This document shows, piece by piece, positions 29,984 to 39,570 of a stretch of DNA of 64,000 nucleotides; positions within the stretch are counted from its first letter, which is position 1; each line of letters opens with the position of its first letter. The DNA comes from a bacterium (lineage in GTDB: Bacteria; UBA8248). Made by a program: the position numbers and the translations under genes. The stretch is taken from contig OZ242260.1 in the NCBI GenBank assembly GCA_965207065.1, positions 2,656,001-2,720,000 on the forward strand, in the 5' to 3' direction. The notes under the pieces are model-generated. The model made no database searches. It was not told the origin of the DNA and saw only the letters and a list, made by a program, of their open reading frames with translations.

Positions 29984-30186
29984 TATCAGCTTCTCCACAT
30001 CGCTTGAGTGTACGACCGCAGCCGTCTATCCGCATCGTCCTCAGTCCTGAAAAAACGAGGGCTTCGGACGGTTTCTCCGGCATGTCCGTCGCCGCGTAAA
30101 AAACCATGACGCCGATTACAAGGAAATGCGTTGGTCGAATCCGACCGAGGAGGTAGGTCGCACCTGATCGAGAAGGGAGGACGAAC

Positions 30187-30245
30187 CCGACTGAGCAAGG
30201 AGGGTTCGCCGACTGAGCAAGGAGGGTTCGCCGACTGGGGAGGGT
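30187..30245 (+). repeat. 22-bp tandem repeat (two perfect copies plus one partial)
   Basis: CCGACTGAGCAAGGAGGGTTCG twice, then CCGACTGGGGAGGGT. Confidence 0.85.
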
Positions 30246-30328
30246 CAGGCTTTTCCGGGGAGGGGATGGCTGCGCATTAAGAGTGAGGAACAAGAGATCG
30301 CCGACCGGGGCGGCGACCTCCCGCGTCT

Positions 30329-31324
30329 TCAGGCTCGTCCGCCCGCCCGCTCGAAAATTTCCTGCAGCTCACCTGAATCCTGCGTGTGCGCCAGCGCCAC
30401 CATCAGCAGTGTCCGGGCCTTGATGCCGCTCAGATAGCCTGCCGATATCGCCCCGCGCTCGATCAGGCTGCGGAAAGAGCCCTCGTGCGCCTTGGCGCGG
30501 TGTGGCGCGCCGGCGAAGATGCGCACCCCGATCACCACGGGGATGCCCGCATCGAGTGCGTCGCACAGGGCGTGGTGGAAGGGCACGTTCACGTTGCCCG
30601 CGCCGACGCCCTCCACCACGACGCCGTCCACGCGCTCTTTGATGCACGCGCGCACGAGCATGTCGTTCACTCCCTGGGTCACGGTGAGGAACTGCACGTT
30701 TTCGCGCAAAGAATCCACGTCGAAGTGAAGACGCCGCTCCGGGCGGTAGTGGAAGAAGACGCCCTCATCCGAAACCACGCCGATGGGCCCGCCGTCTCTC
30801 GACGCAAAGGCATGGGGCCGCTGACTGTGCACCTTGATGACGTCGCGCGCGGCGAATATCTCGCCGTCCAGCGCGACCATCACGCCCCGGCCCCGCGCCT
30901 CGGGGGAAGCCGCTATCTTCGCGGCGTAGAAGATGTTCCGGGGTCCGTCCGCATCGCGGGCGACGGAGTTGCGCATCGCGCCCGTGATCACGACGGGCTT
31001 CTCCCCGCCCAGTGTCAGGTCCAGGAGATAGGCCGTCTCCTCCATCGTGGCCGTCCCGTGCGTGACCACGGCCCCCGCCGTTTCCTCATCCGCCAGAATA
31101 CCGCGCAGGCGGTCGCGGAGGCCGAAGGCGGTAGCCGTCTCCATCACGTCGCTGGTGACGTTCGAATGCTCGACGACGCGCACCTGGGCCGCACCCTCAA
31201 GTTCGGGAACGGACGCGATCAACTCTTCTGCGCTCGCCGCGGGTACGTTCTCGCCCCCGCGCGTGTCGTATTTCGATGAAATCGTTCCCCCGGTCGTCAC
31301 TATCGCAATGGAAGGCTTGCTCAT
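30329..31324 (-). CDS. L-asparaginase family protein
   Basis: TGGTI, HGT.TMEETAY, TGAMR, DGPRN, G.GAGN. Confidence 0.9.
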   Translation of the reverse strand: MSKPSIAIVTTGGTISSKYDTRGGENVPAASAEELIASVPELEGAAQVRVVEHSNVTSDVMETATAFGLRDRLRGILADEETAGAVVTHGTATMEETAYLLDLTLGGEKPVVITGAMRNSVARDADGPRNIFYAAKIAASPEARGRGVMVALDGEIFAARDVIKVHSQRPHAFASRDGGPIGVVSDEGVFFHYRPERRLHFDVDSLRENVQFLTVTQGVNDMLVRACIKERVDGVVVEGVGAGNVNVPFHHALCDALDAGIPVVIGVRIFAGAPHRAKAHEGSFRSLIERGAISAGYLSGIKARTLLMVALAHTQDSGELQEIFERAGGRA

Positions 31325-31569
31325 GGCGTCTCCCTTTTCGTTTCTTGAAGTACGGTTCGTGAATGGCCGCTGTGTTCCTGAGATGAGGCGAGCGCATTGT
31401 GGCCCCGCAAGGGGACGACCGCAAGGCTGGGTGGAAGGTCGCTGGTCGCCTGTTCCAGATGGTCGTCATTCCGTTGTCAATTCCAACCTTGGAGGGGTTG
31501 TTGAATAAGCCTTTGTTAAGGGAGCGAACGCTCCCTCCCCGGTTGCGTTCGCCCCAACCCCCCTTGTCA

Positions 31570-31884
31570 GGGCTGTTGAAAAAGCCCCGATTTCTTGATT
31601 CCAAGTATGAAGCCGACTTGGGAGGGATGAAACTTTACTCCTTCCTTGTAAAGCGCCAACCAACCACTCCCCCCTTGAGGGGGAGTCGCAGAAGCCGAGC
31701 GGTTTGTGCGAAGGCTGATGCGGTGGGGGGTAAAATGCGTTTTCTTGCCATTCCGAATCATACCCCCCACCAGTTCACTTTCGGGCTTACGCCCTCAGTT
31801 CACTGACTCCCCCTCAAGGGGGGAGTGAACTTCAAAGGCGTTCGCGCAACCCAGATTCGCTGGTCGGGAGTTTTTCAACAGCCC
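31570..31884. mobile_element. Inner MITE-like element with 7-bp target duplication CTTGTCA
   Basis: TIRs GGGCTGTTGAAAAA and TTTTTCAACAGCCC; CTTGTCA at 31563-31569 and 31885-31891. Confidence 0.85.
31665..31827. repeat. Structured repeat 'element A', copy 1
   Basis: Terminal IR CACTCCCCCCTTGAGGGGGAGTC and GACTCCCCCTCAAGGGGGGAGTG; internal GGTGGGGGG/CCCCCCACC stem. Confidence 0.85.
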
Positions 31885-32029
31885 CTTGTCAGGGGGGCTT
31901 TTTTTCTTACCCCCCTGTCAAGGGGGGTAGGGGGGGTGCTTTTCCAGTCGAGAGGGGCGTCCCCTCTACCCCCTGAAAAGAGGGGTTTTTCAACAACCCC
32001 TTGGAGGGAAGTCTTGCGGTTTTGCTTTT

Positions 32030-32056
32030 GTAGGGGCGGCTCGCGAGCCGCCCTTA
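32030..32056. repeat. GTAG REP
   Basis: GTAGGGGCGGCTCGCGAGCCGCCC. Confidence 0.75.
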
Positions 32057-32181
32057 TGGTTTATGAATCGACCCTGTGCAGAGTCGCTTCTTGCTTATGT
32101 CCCCTCAATGGCGAAAAATGAGTATGGGCGAGGCGGCCTATGAGCGACCTCGGCCCAACTCGCCGTCTTTGAGGAAGTGTA

Positions 32182-32673
32182 ATGTCGATGTCCTTTGGCT
32201 ACTGGCTGCGTCTGGCCTGCGCCGTCTGGGTCGGCGTGATGGCCGGGTTTTTCTTCGCGTTCTCCTTCGTGGTGATGCCCGGCCTCTCGGTGATGGAGCC
32301 GCTTGCCGCCCTGGCTTCCATGCAGGCGATCAACCTGGCCGTCAGGAACGCCGTTTTCGCGCTCGTCTTTTTCGGCGCCTTGATACTTTGCATCGGCGTT
32401 GCGCTTCACGCGCTGATCCGCCGCGACGCCCCCGCGTGGCGGCTCGCACTTTCCGCCGCCCTCATCTACCTGGTCGGCGCCTTCGGCGTGACAATGCTTT
32501 TCAACGTTCCCTTGAACGCCGAGATCGCGCCTTTGGATCCCGCCCGGCACGAAAACGCCGGGGCGATGGTCGCCTATATCTCGCAATGGACGCTCTGGAA
32601 CCACGTCCGCACCCTCGCGAGCCTCGCGGCGTTCGTTCTGCTGCTGTTGAGCCTGCGGTCTTGGAAAGAATGA
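32182..32673 (+). CDS. DUF1772/anthrone oxygenase-like membrane protein
   Basis: AGFFFAFS..VMPGL, MQAIN, NVPLN, W..WNHVRT. Confidence 0.85.
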   Translation: MSMSFGYWLRLACAVWVGVMAGFFFAFSFVVMPGLSVMEPLAALASMQAINLAVRNAVFALVFFGALILCIGVALHALIRRDAPAWRLALSAALIYLVGAFGVTMLFNVPLNAEIAPLDPARHENAGAMVAYISQWTLWNHVRTLASLAAFVLLLLSLRSWKE

Positions 32674-32854
32674 TGGGTACTGACCCGTGCCTGCGTGGTG
32701 AGTGGTTCCCGAACACAGGGACAACTCTCTCGAGTTCTCCCGCCCGTGCCCGAAGTAAGCTGTGAGACCGGCGCAGTATACCTCCGGTGCGGCAGAATCA
32801 CCCCACCCCTGCGCCCGGGCCGGTTTCCCGCCGCCGTCTCCACTGAGGTAACCC

Positions 32855-34165
32855 GTGCTGGATATCCTCGCCGACCGCACCTATCGCCATCTTTTCGCAG
32901 CACAGGTCACGGCCCTTGTGGGCACGGGGCTCGCCACGATTGCGCTGGGCCTTCTCGCCTACGACCTCGCGGATGAAGAGGCGGCGATGGTGCTCGGCGC
33001 CGTCTTCACCATCAAGATGGTGGCCTACGTCGGGGTCGCGCCCATCGCAGGCGCCTTCGCCGGCCGGGTCCCGCGCCGGGCGCTGCTCGTGGCGCTCGAT
33101 ATCGTGCGCGCCGCCGCGGCCCTCGCATTGCCCTTCGTGACGCAGGTCTGGCAGCTCTACCTCCTGATCTTCGTCCTTCAATCGGCCTCCGCCGCCTTCA
33201 CCCCGACCTTCCAGGCGACGATTCCGGACGTGCTGCCCGAAGAATCCCGCTACACCCGCGCGCTGTCGCTCTCACGCCTCGCCTACGACCTCGAGAACAT
33301 CTTCAGCCCGACCCTGGCGGCGCTGCTTCTGGCGGTGATGTCCTATGACGCCCTGTTCATCGGCACGGTGGCCGGATTTCTCGCCTCGGCTTTGCTGGTC
33401 CTCTCGGTGATTCTGCCGAGTCCTGCGACTGCGGCCACACGAGGCGTCTACGAGCGCACGACCCGCGGGGTCCGCATCTATCTCGCCACGCCCCGGCTCC
33501 GTGGACTCCTGGCGCTGAATCTCGCTGCGGCGGCTGCGGGCGCGATGGTGCTGGTCAACACCGTTGTGCTGGTGCGAAGCGGCCTGGGGTTGGGCGAGAG
33601 CGCCGTGGCATGGGCGATGGGCGCATTCGGAGGAGGTTCGATGCTCTCCGCGTTCGTCCTTCCGCGTCTGCTGGACCGGGCGCCGGAGCGGGTGGTGATG
33701 CTGACGGGCGCGGCGCTGATGATCACGGGCCTGTGTGCGCTTGCCGTGATCATCCCGAGCGTCGGGCTCTCCTGGCCCCTCCTGCTCGGCGCATGGGTCA
33801 CGGTAGGTATCGGCTATTCCGGCGTACTCACGCCGTCGGGGCGGCTTCTGCGGCGCTCCTCGAATCCCGGGGACCGGCCCGCCCTCTTCGCGGCGCAGTT
33901 CGCGCTCAGCCATGCCTGCTGGCTGATGACCTACCCGCTCTCGGGCTGGTTGATGACAGCCTTTGGAGCGTTCGCCGCACTCGCCGGATTGAGCGCGCTG
34001 GCTCTCCTCGGCGCGGTGCTCGCATTGCGCCTGTGGCCGAACTCCGATCCGCTCGAGATAGCGCATCGTCATGACGACCTCCCGCCCGGTCATCCGCACC
34101 TGCGCGGCGGGCGCGAACACGTTCATCCATATGTGATCGATGATTTGCACAGGCGCTGGCCATAG
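32855..34165 (+). CDS. MFS transporter, NreB/NrsD nickel-efflux type
   Basis: SRLAYDLE and AAQFALSHACWL motifs; His-rich tail HRHDDLPPGHPHL..HVHPYVIDDLH..WP. Confidence 0.85.
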   Translation: MLDILADRTYRHLFAAQVTALVGTGLATIALGLLAYDLADEEAAMVLGAVFTIKMVAYVGVAPIAGAFAGRVPRRALLVALDIVRAAAALALPFVTQVWQLYLLIFVLQSASAAFTPTFQATIPDVLPEESRYTRALSLSRLAYDLENIFSPTLAALLLAVMSYDALFIGTVAGFLASALLVLSVILPSPATAATRGVYERTTRGVRIYLATPRLRGLLALNLAAAAAGAMVLVNTVVLVRSGLGLGESAVAWAMGAFGGGSMLSAFVLPRLLDRAPERVVMLTGAALMITGLCALAVIIPSVGLSWPLLLGAWVTVGIGYSGVLTPSGRLLRRSSNPGDRPALFAAQFALSHACWLMTYPLSGWLMTAFGAFAALAGLSALALLGAVLALRLWPNSDPLEIAHRHDDLPPGHPHLRGGREHVHPYVIDDLHRRWP

Positions 34166-34208
34166 GTGATCCTGAGTTCATCCGAGGAACGCATCACGAA
34201 TGGCCCCG

Positions 34209-34272
34209 GAAACCAACTAGGCGCTCGAAGATCGAAACAAGTCGCTCATGGAATTCATCCGCCGCACGTCTA
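34209..34272 (+). pseudogene. Remnant 3' end of a paralog of the 34407-34802 gene
   Basis: Translates ETN*ALEDRNKSLMEFIRRTS versus ETMKALEGQNNALMELIRRTS. Confidence 0.7.
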
Positions 34273-34406
34273 CGCGGGAGAACGGTTGAGGAGCGCGCGC
34301 AGCGAACTCTCCCTCATCGGTTGGGTACGACTCTTTGACTTATCCTCCGCACTGGGCGAGACTGGCCGGACTGGCTGCTCCACGAGGACAGACAGGAGAG
34401 AACCGA

Positions 34407-34802
34407 ATGACGGAATACGAAGCCGCAAACCTCGCCGTGCAGCAAGCCGCCCTTGCCCTGCAAAAAGACACGCTCGCACTGCAACAATCTGCCTTTGCCC
34501 TGCAGAAAGCCTCCCTCGCCCTGCAAGAAGCCTCCCTCGCCGTGCAGCAAGCTTCCGTATGGGTCGCCGCCCTCGTCGGGGCTGCGCAATGCAGCCTCAT
34601 CGGGTTTGGACTCTACATCATGCGCCAGGCCTCGATTCAACGCGACGCACTGCATCAGGAAACCATGGCGGCGCTCCAGGCTCAGCGTGATGCGCAAAGA
34701 GAACAGCATCGAGAAACCATGAAGGCGCTGGAAGGCCAAAACAACGCGCTGATGGAACTCATCCGCCGCACGTCCGCGCCTTCGGCGCAAGGAGATAGTT
34801 GA
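34407..34802 (+). CDS. Small coiled-coil single-TM hypothetical protein with six heptad (21-bp) repeats
   Basis: AGGAG RBS; six LA(L/V)Qxxx repeats at 34431-34556; hydrophobic helix; C-terminal HxETMxAL twice. Confidence 0.7.
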   Translation: MTEYEAANLAVQQAALALQKDTLALQQSAFALQKASLALQEASLAVQQASVWVAALVGAAQCSLIGFGLYIMRQASIQRDALHQETMAALQAQRDAQREQHRETMKALEGQNNALMELIRRTSAPSAQGDS

Positions 34803-34846
34803 AGGGGGAGCGGAAATCCTCCTGGCGCAGGCTGTTCGTTTTTGAG

Positions 34847-35113
34847 CGTCATTCCGGCTGATGCCGGAACCCAGCGACTTTATCTTTGTTTTTTGTCTTT
34901 TCGTTTTATCGTTTTTGATGGTCCTTCTGCGATACGGCCGACCCGGTCGGTTCTGGATTCCGGCATCCGCCGGAATGACAACACGATAGATACATTACGG
35001 ATGATGAGGAAAGATTCCGTAGGGGCGGCTCGCGAGCCACCCCTACAGGTTCATCCCAATGGGAATGAGAAGGAAATAGCGCCAACAGGACAGACACGCA
35101 GTTCCGCCCCTAC
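34847..35113. repeat. CGTC-type REP pair (34847-34874 and 34953-34980) plus GTAG REPs (35019-35046, 35088-35113)
   Basis: CGTCATTCCGGC..GCCGGAACCCAG; CTGGATTCCGGC..CCGGAATGAC; GTAGGGGCGGCTCGCGAGCCACCCCTAC. Confidence 0.8.
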
Positions 35114-35153
35114 CCAGGCAAGGCGAAAGACCGATTCGCGTCCCTTATGAAAA

Positions 35154-35597
35154 CTACTTCTTGATCGACAAGAACTTCAGCACCACGCCGTCGGGGTCTT
35201 TACAGAAGAATATCTTGGAGCCCTGTATGGGGCCGCTGGGCACCGTGGCGGGTTCCGGCGAGCACATGGTGGTGCCGTCCGCCTGGAGTTTCGCATAAAG
35301 CGCCTCGGCGTCGTCCACCACGAAGCCTATCTGCAGGCAGCCCGTGTTGTTGGGGTCGGTGTCTATCGCCTCGCCGGCAGCGCCCTTGTACTCCATGAGT
35401 TCGAGGTGAAGCCCGTGGCCGCCCATGTGCACCACGCGAAGGTGCGCGCCGGGCACGCCCGTCACCTGGGCCGAGAACTCCGGCGTGCGCTCGGAATCGG
35501 ATTCCACCTCGAAGCCGAAGTTCTCGGCGTACCATTTCGAGGATGCGTCCGCGTCTTTTACCGTAAGCGATACGTTATGAAAGCGTTGAATCGTCAT
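35154..35597 (-). CDS. VOC family protein
   Basis: V.D...S..WY...GF, LELMEY, KDPDG. Confidence 0.85.
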   Translation of the reverse strand: MTIQRFHNVSLTVKDADASSKWYAENFGFEVESDSERTPEFSAQVTGVPGAHLRVVHMGGHGLHLELMEYKGAAGEAIDTDPNNTGCLQIGFVVDDAEALYAKLQADGTTMCSPEPATVPSGPIQGSKIFFCKDPDGVVLKFLSIKK

Positions 35598-35681
35598 GAA
35601 TAAACTCTCCAGTCATTCGTGAAAAGGACGCTCCGCACCGCGCGTGAAGCGTCCCTGGTTGCATGCGTTTCCCGCCCTGCC

Positions 35682-36080
35682 TTAATCGGCTGCGGGCTTG
35701 GGTTTCAGGTCCAGCGATGCCGAGTTCATGCAGTAGCGAAGGCCGGTGGGCGCGGGGCCGTCCGGGAACACGTGGCCCAGGTGCGCGTCGCAGTTCGAGC
35801 ACACCACCTCCACGCGGCGCATCCAGAAGGAGTTGTCCTCCTTCTCGCCCACGTTTTCGGGCTTGAGCGGCTGGTAGAAGCTCGGCCAGCCCGTGCCCGA
35901 GTCGAACTTGGTCTCGGCGTCGAAAAGCTCCGCTCCGCAGCACACGCACGTATAGATGCCGTCATCGTGGGAGTCGCAATATTTCCCGCTGAAGGCGCGC
36001 TCGGTGCCCGCCTCCCGGGTGACGTGGTACTGCTCGGGCGTGAGTTGCTCGCGCCACTCCGCATCCGTTTTCTCTATCAT
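35682..36080 (-). CDS. msrB: Peptide-methionine (R)-S-oxide reductase
   Basis: [35 protein letters not shown]. Confidence 0.97.
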   Translation of the reverse strand: MIEKTDAEWREQLTPEQYHVTREAGTERAFSGKYCDSHDDGIYTCVCCGAELFDAETKFDSGTGWPSFYQPLKPENVGEKEDNSFWMRRVEVVCSNCDAHLGHVFPDGPAPTGLRYCMNSASLDLKPKPAAD

Positions 36081-36114
36081 TTCGATATTCCTCCCTTGCA
36101 GAGCGTCAACCAAC

Positions 36115-36298
36115 CACTCCCCCCTTGAGGGTCTGGCTTCCCGAGGGGAAAGCCAGACAGTGAGCTGAGGGCGTAAGCCCGAAAGTGAACTGGTGGGGGG
36201 TATGATTCGGAATGGCAATAGAACGCATTTTACCCCCCACCGATTCAGCCTTCGCAAATATCGCTCGGCTTCATCGACTCCCCCTCAAGGGGGGAGTG
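36115..36298. repeat. Element A copy 2 (core inverted; extra GTCTGGCTTCCCGAGGGGAAAGCCAGAC hairpin)
   Basis: Same terminal IRs as copy 1; core is the reverse complement of the copy 1 core. Confidence 0.85.
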
Positions 36299-36482
36299 AA
36301 CTTCAAAAGCGTGCGCGCAACCCAAAATCGATTCCGTATCTTTCTAGACAACCCTGTATGCGTCCCCTACGGATTTCAATATAGGCCGGTTTTCCAAAAT
36401 ACGCTCATCGGTTGAACACCTCTAACGGACAGAATCCTCAAAAACCGCGCGAAAGACAAGAGGCGCGCAGTAGATGGATTCC

Positions 36483-37658
36483 TCACAGGTGGGGCAGGGC
36501 TTTCAGGACGTTCACCTGGTTCGTGTTGCCCATGTGGAATAGCTGAATCGCGTCGCGGTGCACTTTCTCGACCGGCGCGTCCTTCATCACGCCCATGCCT
36601 CCCCATATCTCCACGGTCCGCATGGTCATGTAATTCAGCATCTCGACGGTGAGCACTTTCGTCGCCCGCGCGAGTTTCTGGTCATTCAGCCCATTGTCGA
36701 TGCCCCAGGCGGCGCGCCAGAGCAGCGTCCTCGAAGCTTCGAGCCGCGTGTACATATCAAGGAGGAGCGAGCCGATGAGGTCGTGTTCGATAATGGGTTT
36801 CCCGCCCTGCACGCGCTCGCGCGCGTAGCCCAGCGCCAGATCGTAAGCCCGCTGGGCGATTCCCAGAGCCGTGGACGTCGCCTCGAGGGTGCCGACGTTG
36901 ACGACGCTCCTCCTGCCTTCCTGGAACTTGTCCTCCTCGCCCAGGCGGTTCTCCAGCGGGACCCGCACGTCGCGGAAGATGAGGTCGTGCTGGGGATAAC
37001 ACCTGAGTCCCACCTTCTCGTGCAGCCTGCCGACCTCGAAGCCCTCGTGCGGCGGGAAGAGCATGAACCCCGTCACGCCCTTCGTCCACGGGACGCTCCT
37101 GTCGGTCCGGGCGAAGGCGGTGACGTACTTCGCCTGCGCGCCCATGGCGATGAACTGCTTCATCCCGTTCAGGACGTAGGAATCCCCGTCGCGCACCGCG
37201 CTCAGGGCGGGGCCGGCCGCCGGGTCCGCGTCGAAGGGGAGCGCGTTGTCGCTGCCGGCGTTGGGCTCCGTGATGGCGATGCCGATGCAATAGAGCGGGT
37301 CTTCCAGGTAGTCGGGGATAACACGGGCGAGTTGTTCTTCGCTCGCCACGGCGATGAGGCCCGCTATCGCCTTCCAGTTGTGGCTGTACACCTTGGAGAC
37401 GGCGGGCGAGCCGGAGGAGAGTTCGCTCATCACGATGCACTGGGTGAGAACGCTGGCCCCGTCGCCCCCATGCGCTTGGGGCACGCCCAGGGAATGAAAC
37501 CCGAGCGCGGCGCCGCGCTTCACCAGGTCGTAGGCGAACTTGTCCTCTCCGTCTGGCCGCTTTTCCAGTTCCGCCACGACGGGAAGCATTTCCTCCATCG
37601 CGAATTTCCGCGCGAGAAGCTGGAGGCTCTTTTGCTCTTCACTCAGTTCGAAATCCAT
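36483..37658 (-). CDS. Acyl-CoA dehydrogenase family protein
   Basis: TEPNAGSD, LNG.K.FI, YA.ER.QGGKPI, GG.G...D.PVEK..RDA. Confidence 0.92.
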   Translation of the reverse strand: MDFELSEEQKSLQLLARKFAMEEMLPVVAELEKRPDGEDKFAYDLVKRGAALGFHSLGVPQAHGGDGASVLTQCIVMSELSSGSPAVSKVYSHNWKAIAGLIAVASEEQLARVIPDYLEDPLYCIGIAITEPNAGSDNALPFDADPAAGPALSAVRDGDSYVLNGMKQFIAMGAQAKYVTAFARTDRSVPWTKGVTGFMLFPPHEGFEVGRLHEKVGLRCYPQHDLIFRDVRVPLENRLGEEDKFQEGRRSVVNVGTLEATSTALGIAQRAYDLALGYARERVQGGKPIIEHDLIGSLLLDMYTRLEASRTLLWRAAWGIDNGLNDQKLARATKVLTVEMLNYMTMRTVEIWGGMGVMKDAPVEKVHRDAIQLFHMGNTNQVNVLKALPHL

Positions 37659-37753
37659 GCGGGTTTCCTTATCGGTTTATTTCCCGGTACTCCGTTAGAT
37701 GAGAGGTTTCCTTTTTCTCCGTAATATGATGCCTCACTATCCATATCCCTATG

Positions 37754-38216
37754 GGGCTGCTGAAAAAAGCCATTGTACAACCCCTACGAAGATATCTCTC
37801 CATCAAGGAGAATTTCAAATCCACTCCCCCCTTGAGGATCACTCCCGACCAAGGCGGGTTTGTTAAAAAATCCTGGAACTCTGGATTTGTCGTATGTAAC
37901 CGACCGACGAGAGAGAAAAATCACTCCCCCCTGGAGGGTCTGGCTTCCCGAGGGGAAAGCCAGACGAGGAAGCCGAGCGGTTTGTGCGAAGGCTGAATCG
38001 GTGGGGGGGAAAATGCGTTTTATTGCCATTCCGAATCATCCCCCCCACCGAATCGCTTTCGGGCTTACGCCCTCACCTCTTCGACTCCCCCTCCAGGGGG
38101 GAGTGAATCCAATTCTTGTTTCCCTGGCAACGACCCTCAAGGGGGTAGTGATATTTCGTTTTTCCCCGGTCGGCTCCATACGCCGAATCACGATATCAGA
38201 GCTTTTTCAACAGCCC
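37754..38216. mobile_element. Composite MITE-like element with 7-bp target duplication CCCTATG; contains element A copy 3 (37922-38105)
   Basis: TIRs GGGCTGCTGAAAAA and TTTTTCAACAGCCC; CCCTATG at 37747-37753 and 38217-38223. Confidence 0.8.
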
Positions 38217-38218
38217 CC

Positions 38219-39487
38219 CTATGAGCCGGCTTTCTCGCCGCAAATCGAGAGTGCTGCGGCGAGGTAGACTTTCGCTGCCGTCACCACGTCCTCGACGAGA
38301 ACGTGCTCGCCTACGGCGTGCATCAGTCCTTTTTGTGCGGCGTCGGGGTGCATCCGCCCGCCGGGGCCGTAGCAGATGCACGGGATGCCGTAGCGGTTGA
38401 AGTGGGTGGAATCGGCCGCGGGCCTCCTGATAATGGGCGCGGAGGCCTCGCCCGTCACCTCCTCGTGCGCTGCAAGCGCAGCCTGTACGAGCGGGGCGTC
38501 CGCATCTAAGAGCGTGGGCGGGTCGTTCACATAGAACGAGAGAGCGGCGCGTCCGGTTTCATCCGCCGCCTCATCGAGCACACTGCGCAGCTCACGCTTG
38601 ATGTCCTCGGTGCTTTGGCCCGGCACGGTGCGGATGTCCAGGTAAAGGCTCGCCTCGGCGGGGTTTCTCGAAAGCCGCCAGGGCCAGCCGCCCCGCACGG
38701 CGGCTATCGTCACGTTGGGATGCTCGCTCATGCAGGAATGTCTGGCTTCATAATCGGGTATCCATCGCTCGACCGCGGTTTGTATCTTGTGAATGGCGCG
38801 CACGGCGTTCGTGACCCCCGGGCGGTTCGAGAAAACGCTGTGGCTTATCGTGCCGCTCACCGTGATCTTCGCCCACACGACGCCCATGTTCGCGTTCGAG
38901 ACCTTGAGCCCCGTCGGCTCGGCCAGGATGGCGCAATCCGCCGTCACGCCGTGGAGAATAAGGTGGCGCGTGCCCGTCCCGTAGCCCGAGTAGGATTTGC
39001 CCGAGAATTCATCGATCGGCGCTTTTTCTATCTCGCCCACCACGCCCGCGAGGGTGAGGTCCCCGCGCAGGATGAGGTTTTCGCGGCAGATGGCCTCAAG
39101 CGCCGCCAGCGCGCCCGCAAGCCCGCTCTTCATGTTGTTCGCGCCCAGACCCCATATCCAGCCGTCCCGGTGGACGGCCCTGGGCTTGAATCCCTCGCCG
39201 CTCAGGTAGTCCTCGTTCCCGTCATAGGAGGTATCCATGTGGCCGGTGAAGAGGAGGTTCGCGCCGTCGCCCGCGCCCTCGCGCACGCCGACCGCGTTCG
39301 GCCTGCCGGGGTCTACCTCCTGCAAGCGGGTTTCCATTCCCGCGCGCGCCATGCGCCCCTCCAGATGGCGCGCCATTTGCGCCTCACCGCCCGTGGGGCT
39401 TGCAATATCCACCATCTCGCTCAGGAGTTCGCGCACGGTCTCTGCGGTGATGTGGCGCGCGCAGCGCTCGAAGTCGGGGTGCGGCAT
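38219..39487 (-). CDS. M20 family metallopeptidase/deacylase (ArgE/DapE-like)
   Basis: GHMDT, GLGA.NMK.G, GEIE, EPT, YGPG. Confidence 0.88.
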   Translation of the reverse strand: MPHPDFERCARHITAETVRELLSEMVDIASPTGGEAQMARHLEGRMARAGMETRLQEVDPGRPNAVGVREGAGDGANLLFTGHMDTSYDGNEDYLSGEGFKPRAVHRDGWIWGLGANNMKSGLAGALAALEAICRENLILRGDLTLAGVVGEIEKAPIDEFSGKSYSGYGTGTRHLILHGVTADCAILAEPTGLKVSNANMGVVWAKITVSGTISHSVFSNRPGVTNAVRAIHKIQTAVERWIPDYEARHSCMSEHPNVTIAAVRGGWPWRLSRNPAEASLYLDIRTVPGQSTEDIKRELRSVLDEAADETGRAALSFYVNDPPTLLDADAPLVQAALAAHEEVTGEASAPIIRRPAADSTHFNRYGIPCICYGPGGRMHPDAAQKGLMHAVGEHVLVEDVVTAAKVYLAAALSICGEKAGS

Positions 39488-39570
39488 CGGTGTATCTTTC
39501 TCCTTTAACGTATCGAGTGCCCTAGCGTATCATGGGCGCGTCGCATTCCGGTATCTCAGCTTTCATCGAA

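Larger units (their letters stand above)
31495..31999. mobile_element. Outer MITE-like element with 7-bp target duplication CTTGGAG
   Basis: TIRs GGGTTGTTGAATAA and TTTTTCAACAACCC; CTTGGAG at 31488-31494 and 32000-32006. Confidence 0.8.

Noticed and set aside
30187-30245. Possible CRISPR array
   Set aside because: Units are contiguous with no spacers, and there are no cas genes
31197-32121. Short ORFs here and at 36193-36415 and 37751-38267 that resemble each other
   Set aside because: Similarity comes from the shared repeat elements; no transposase motifs
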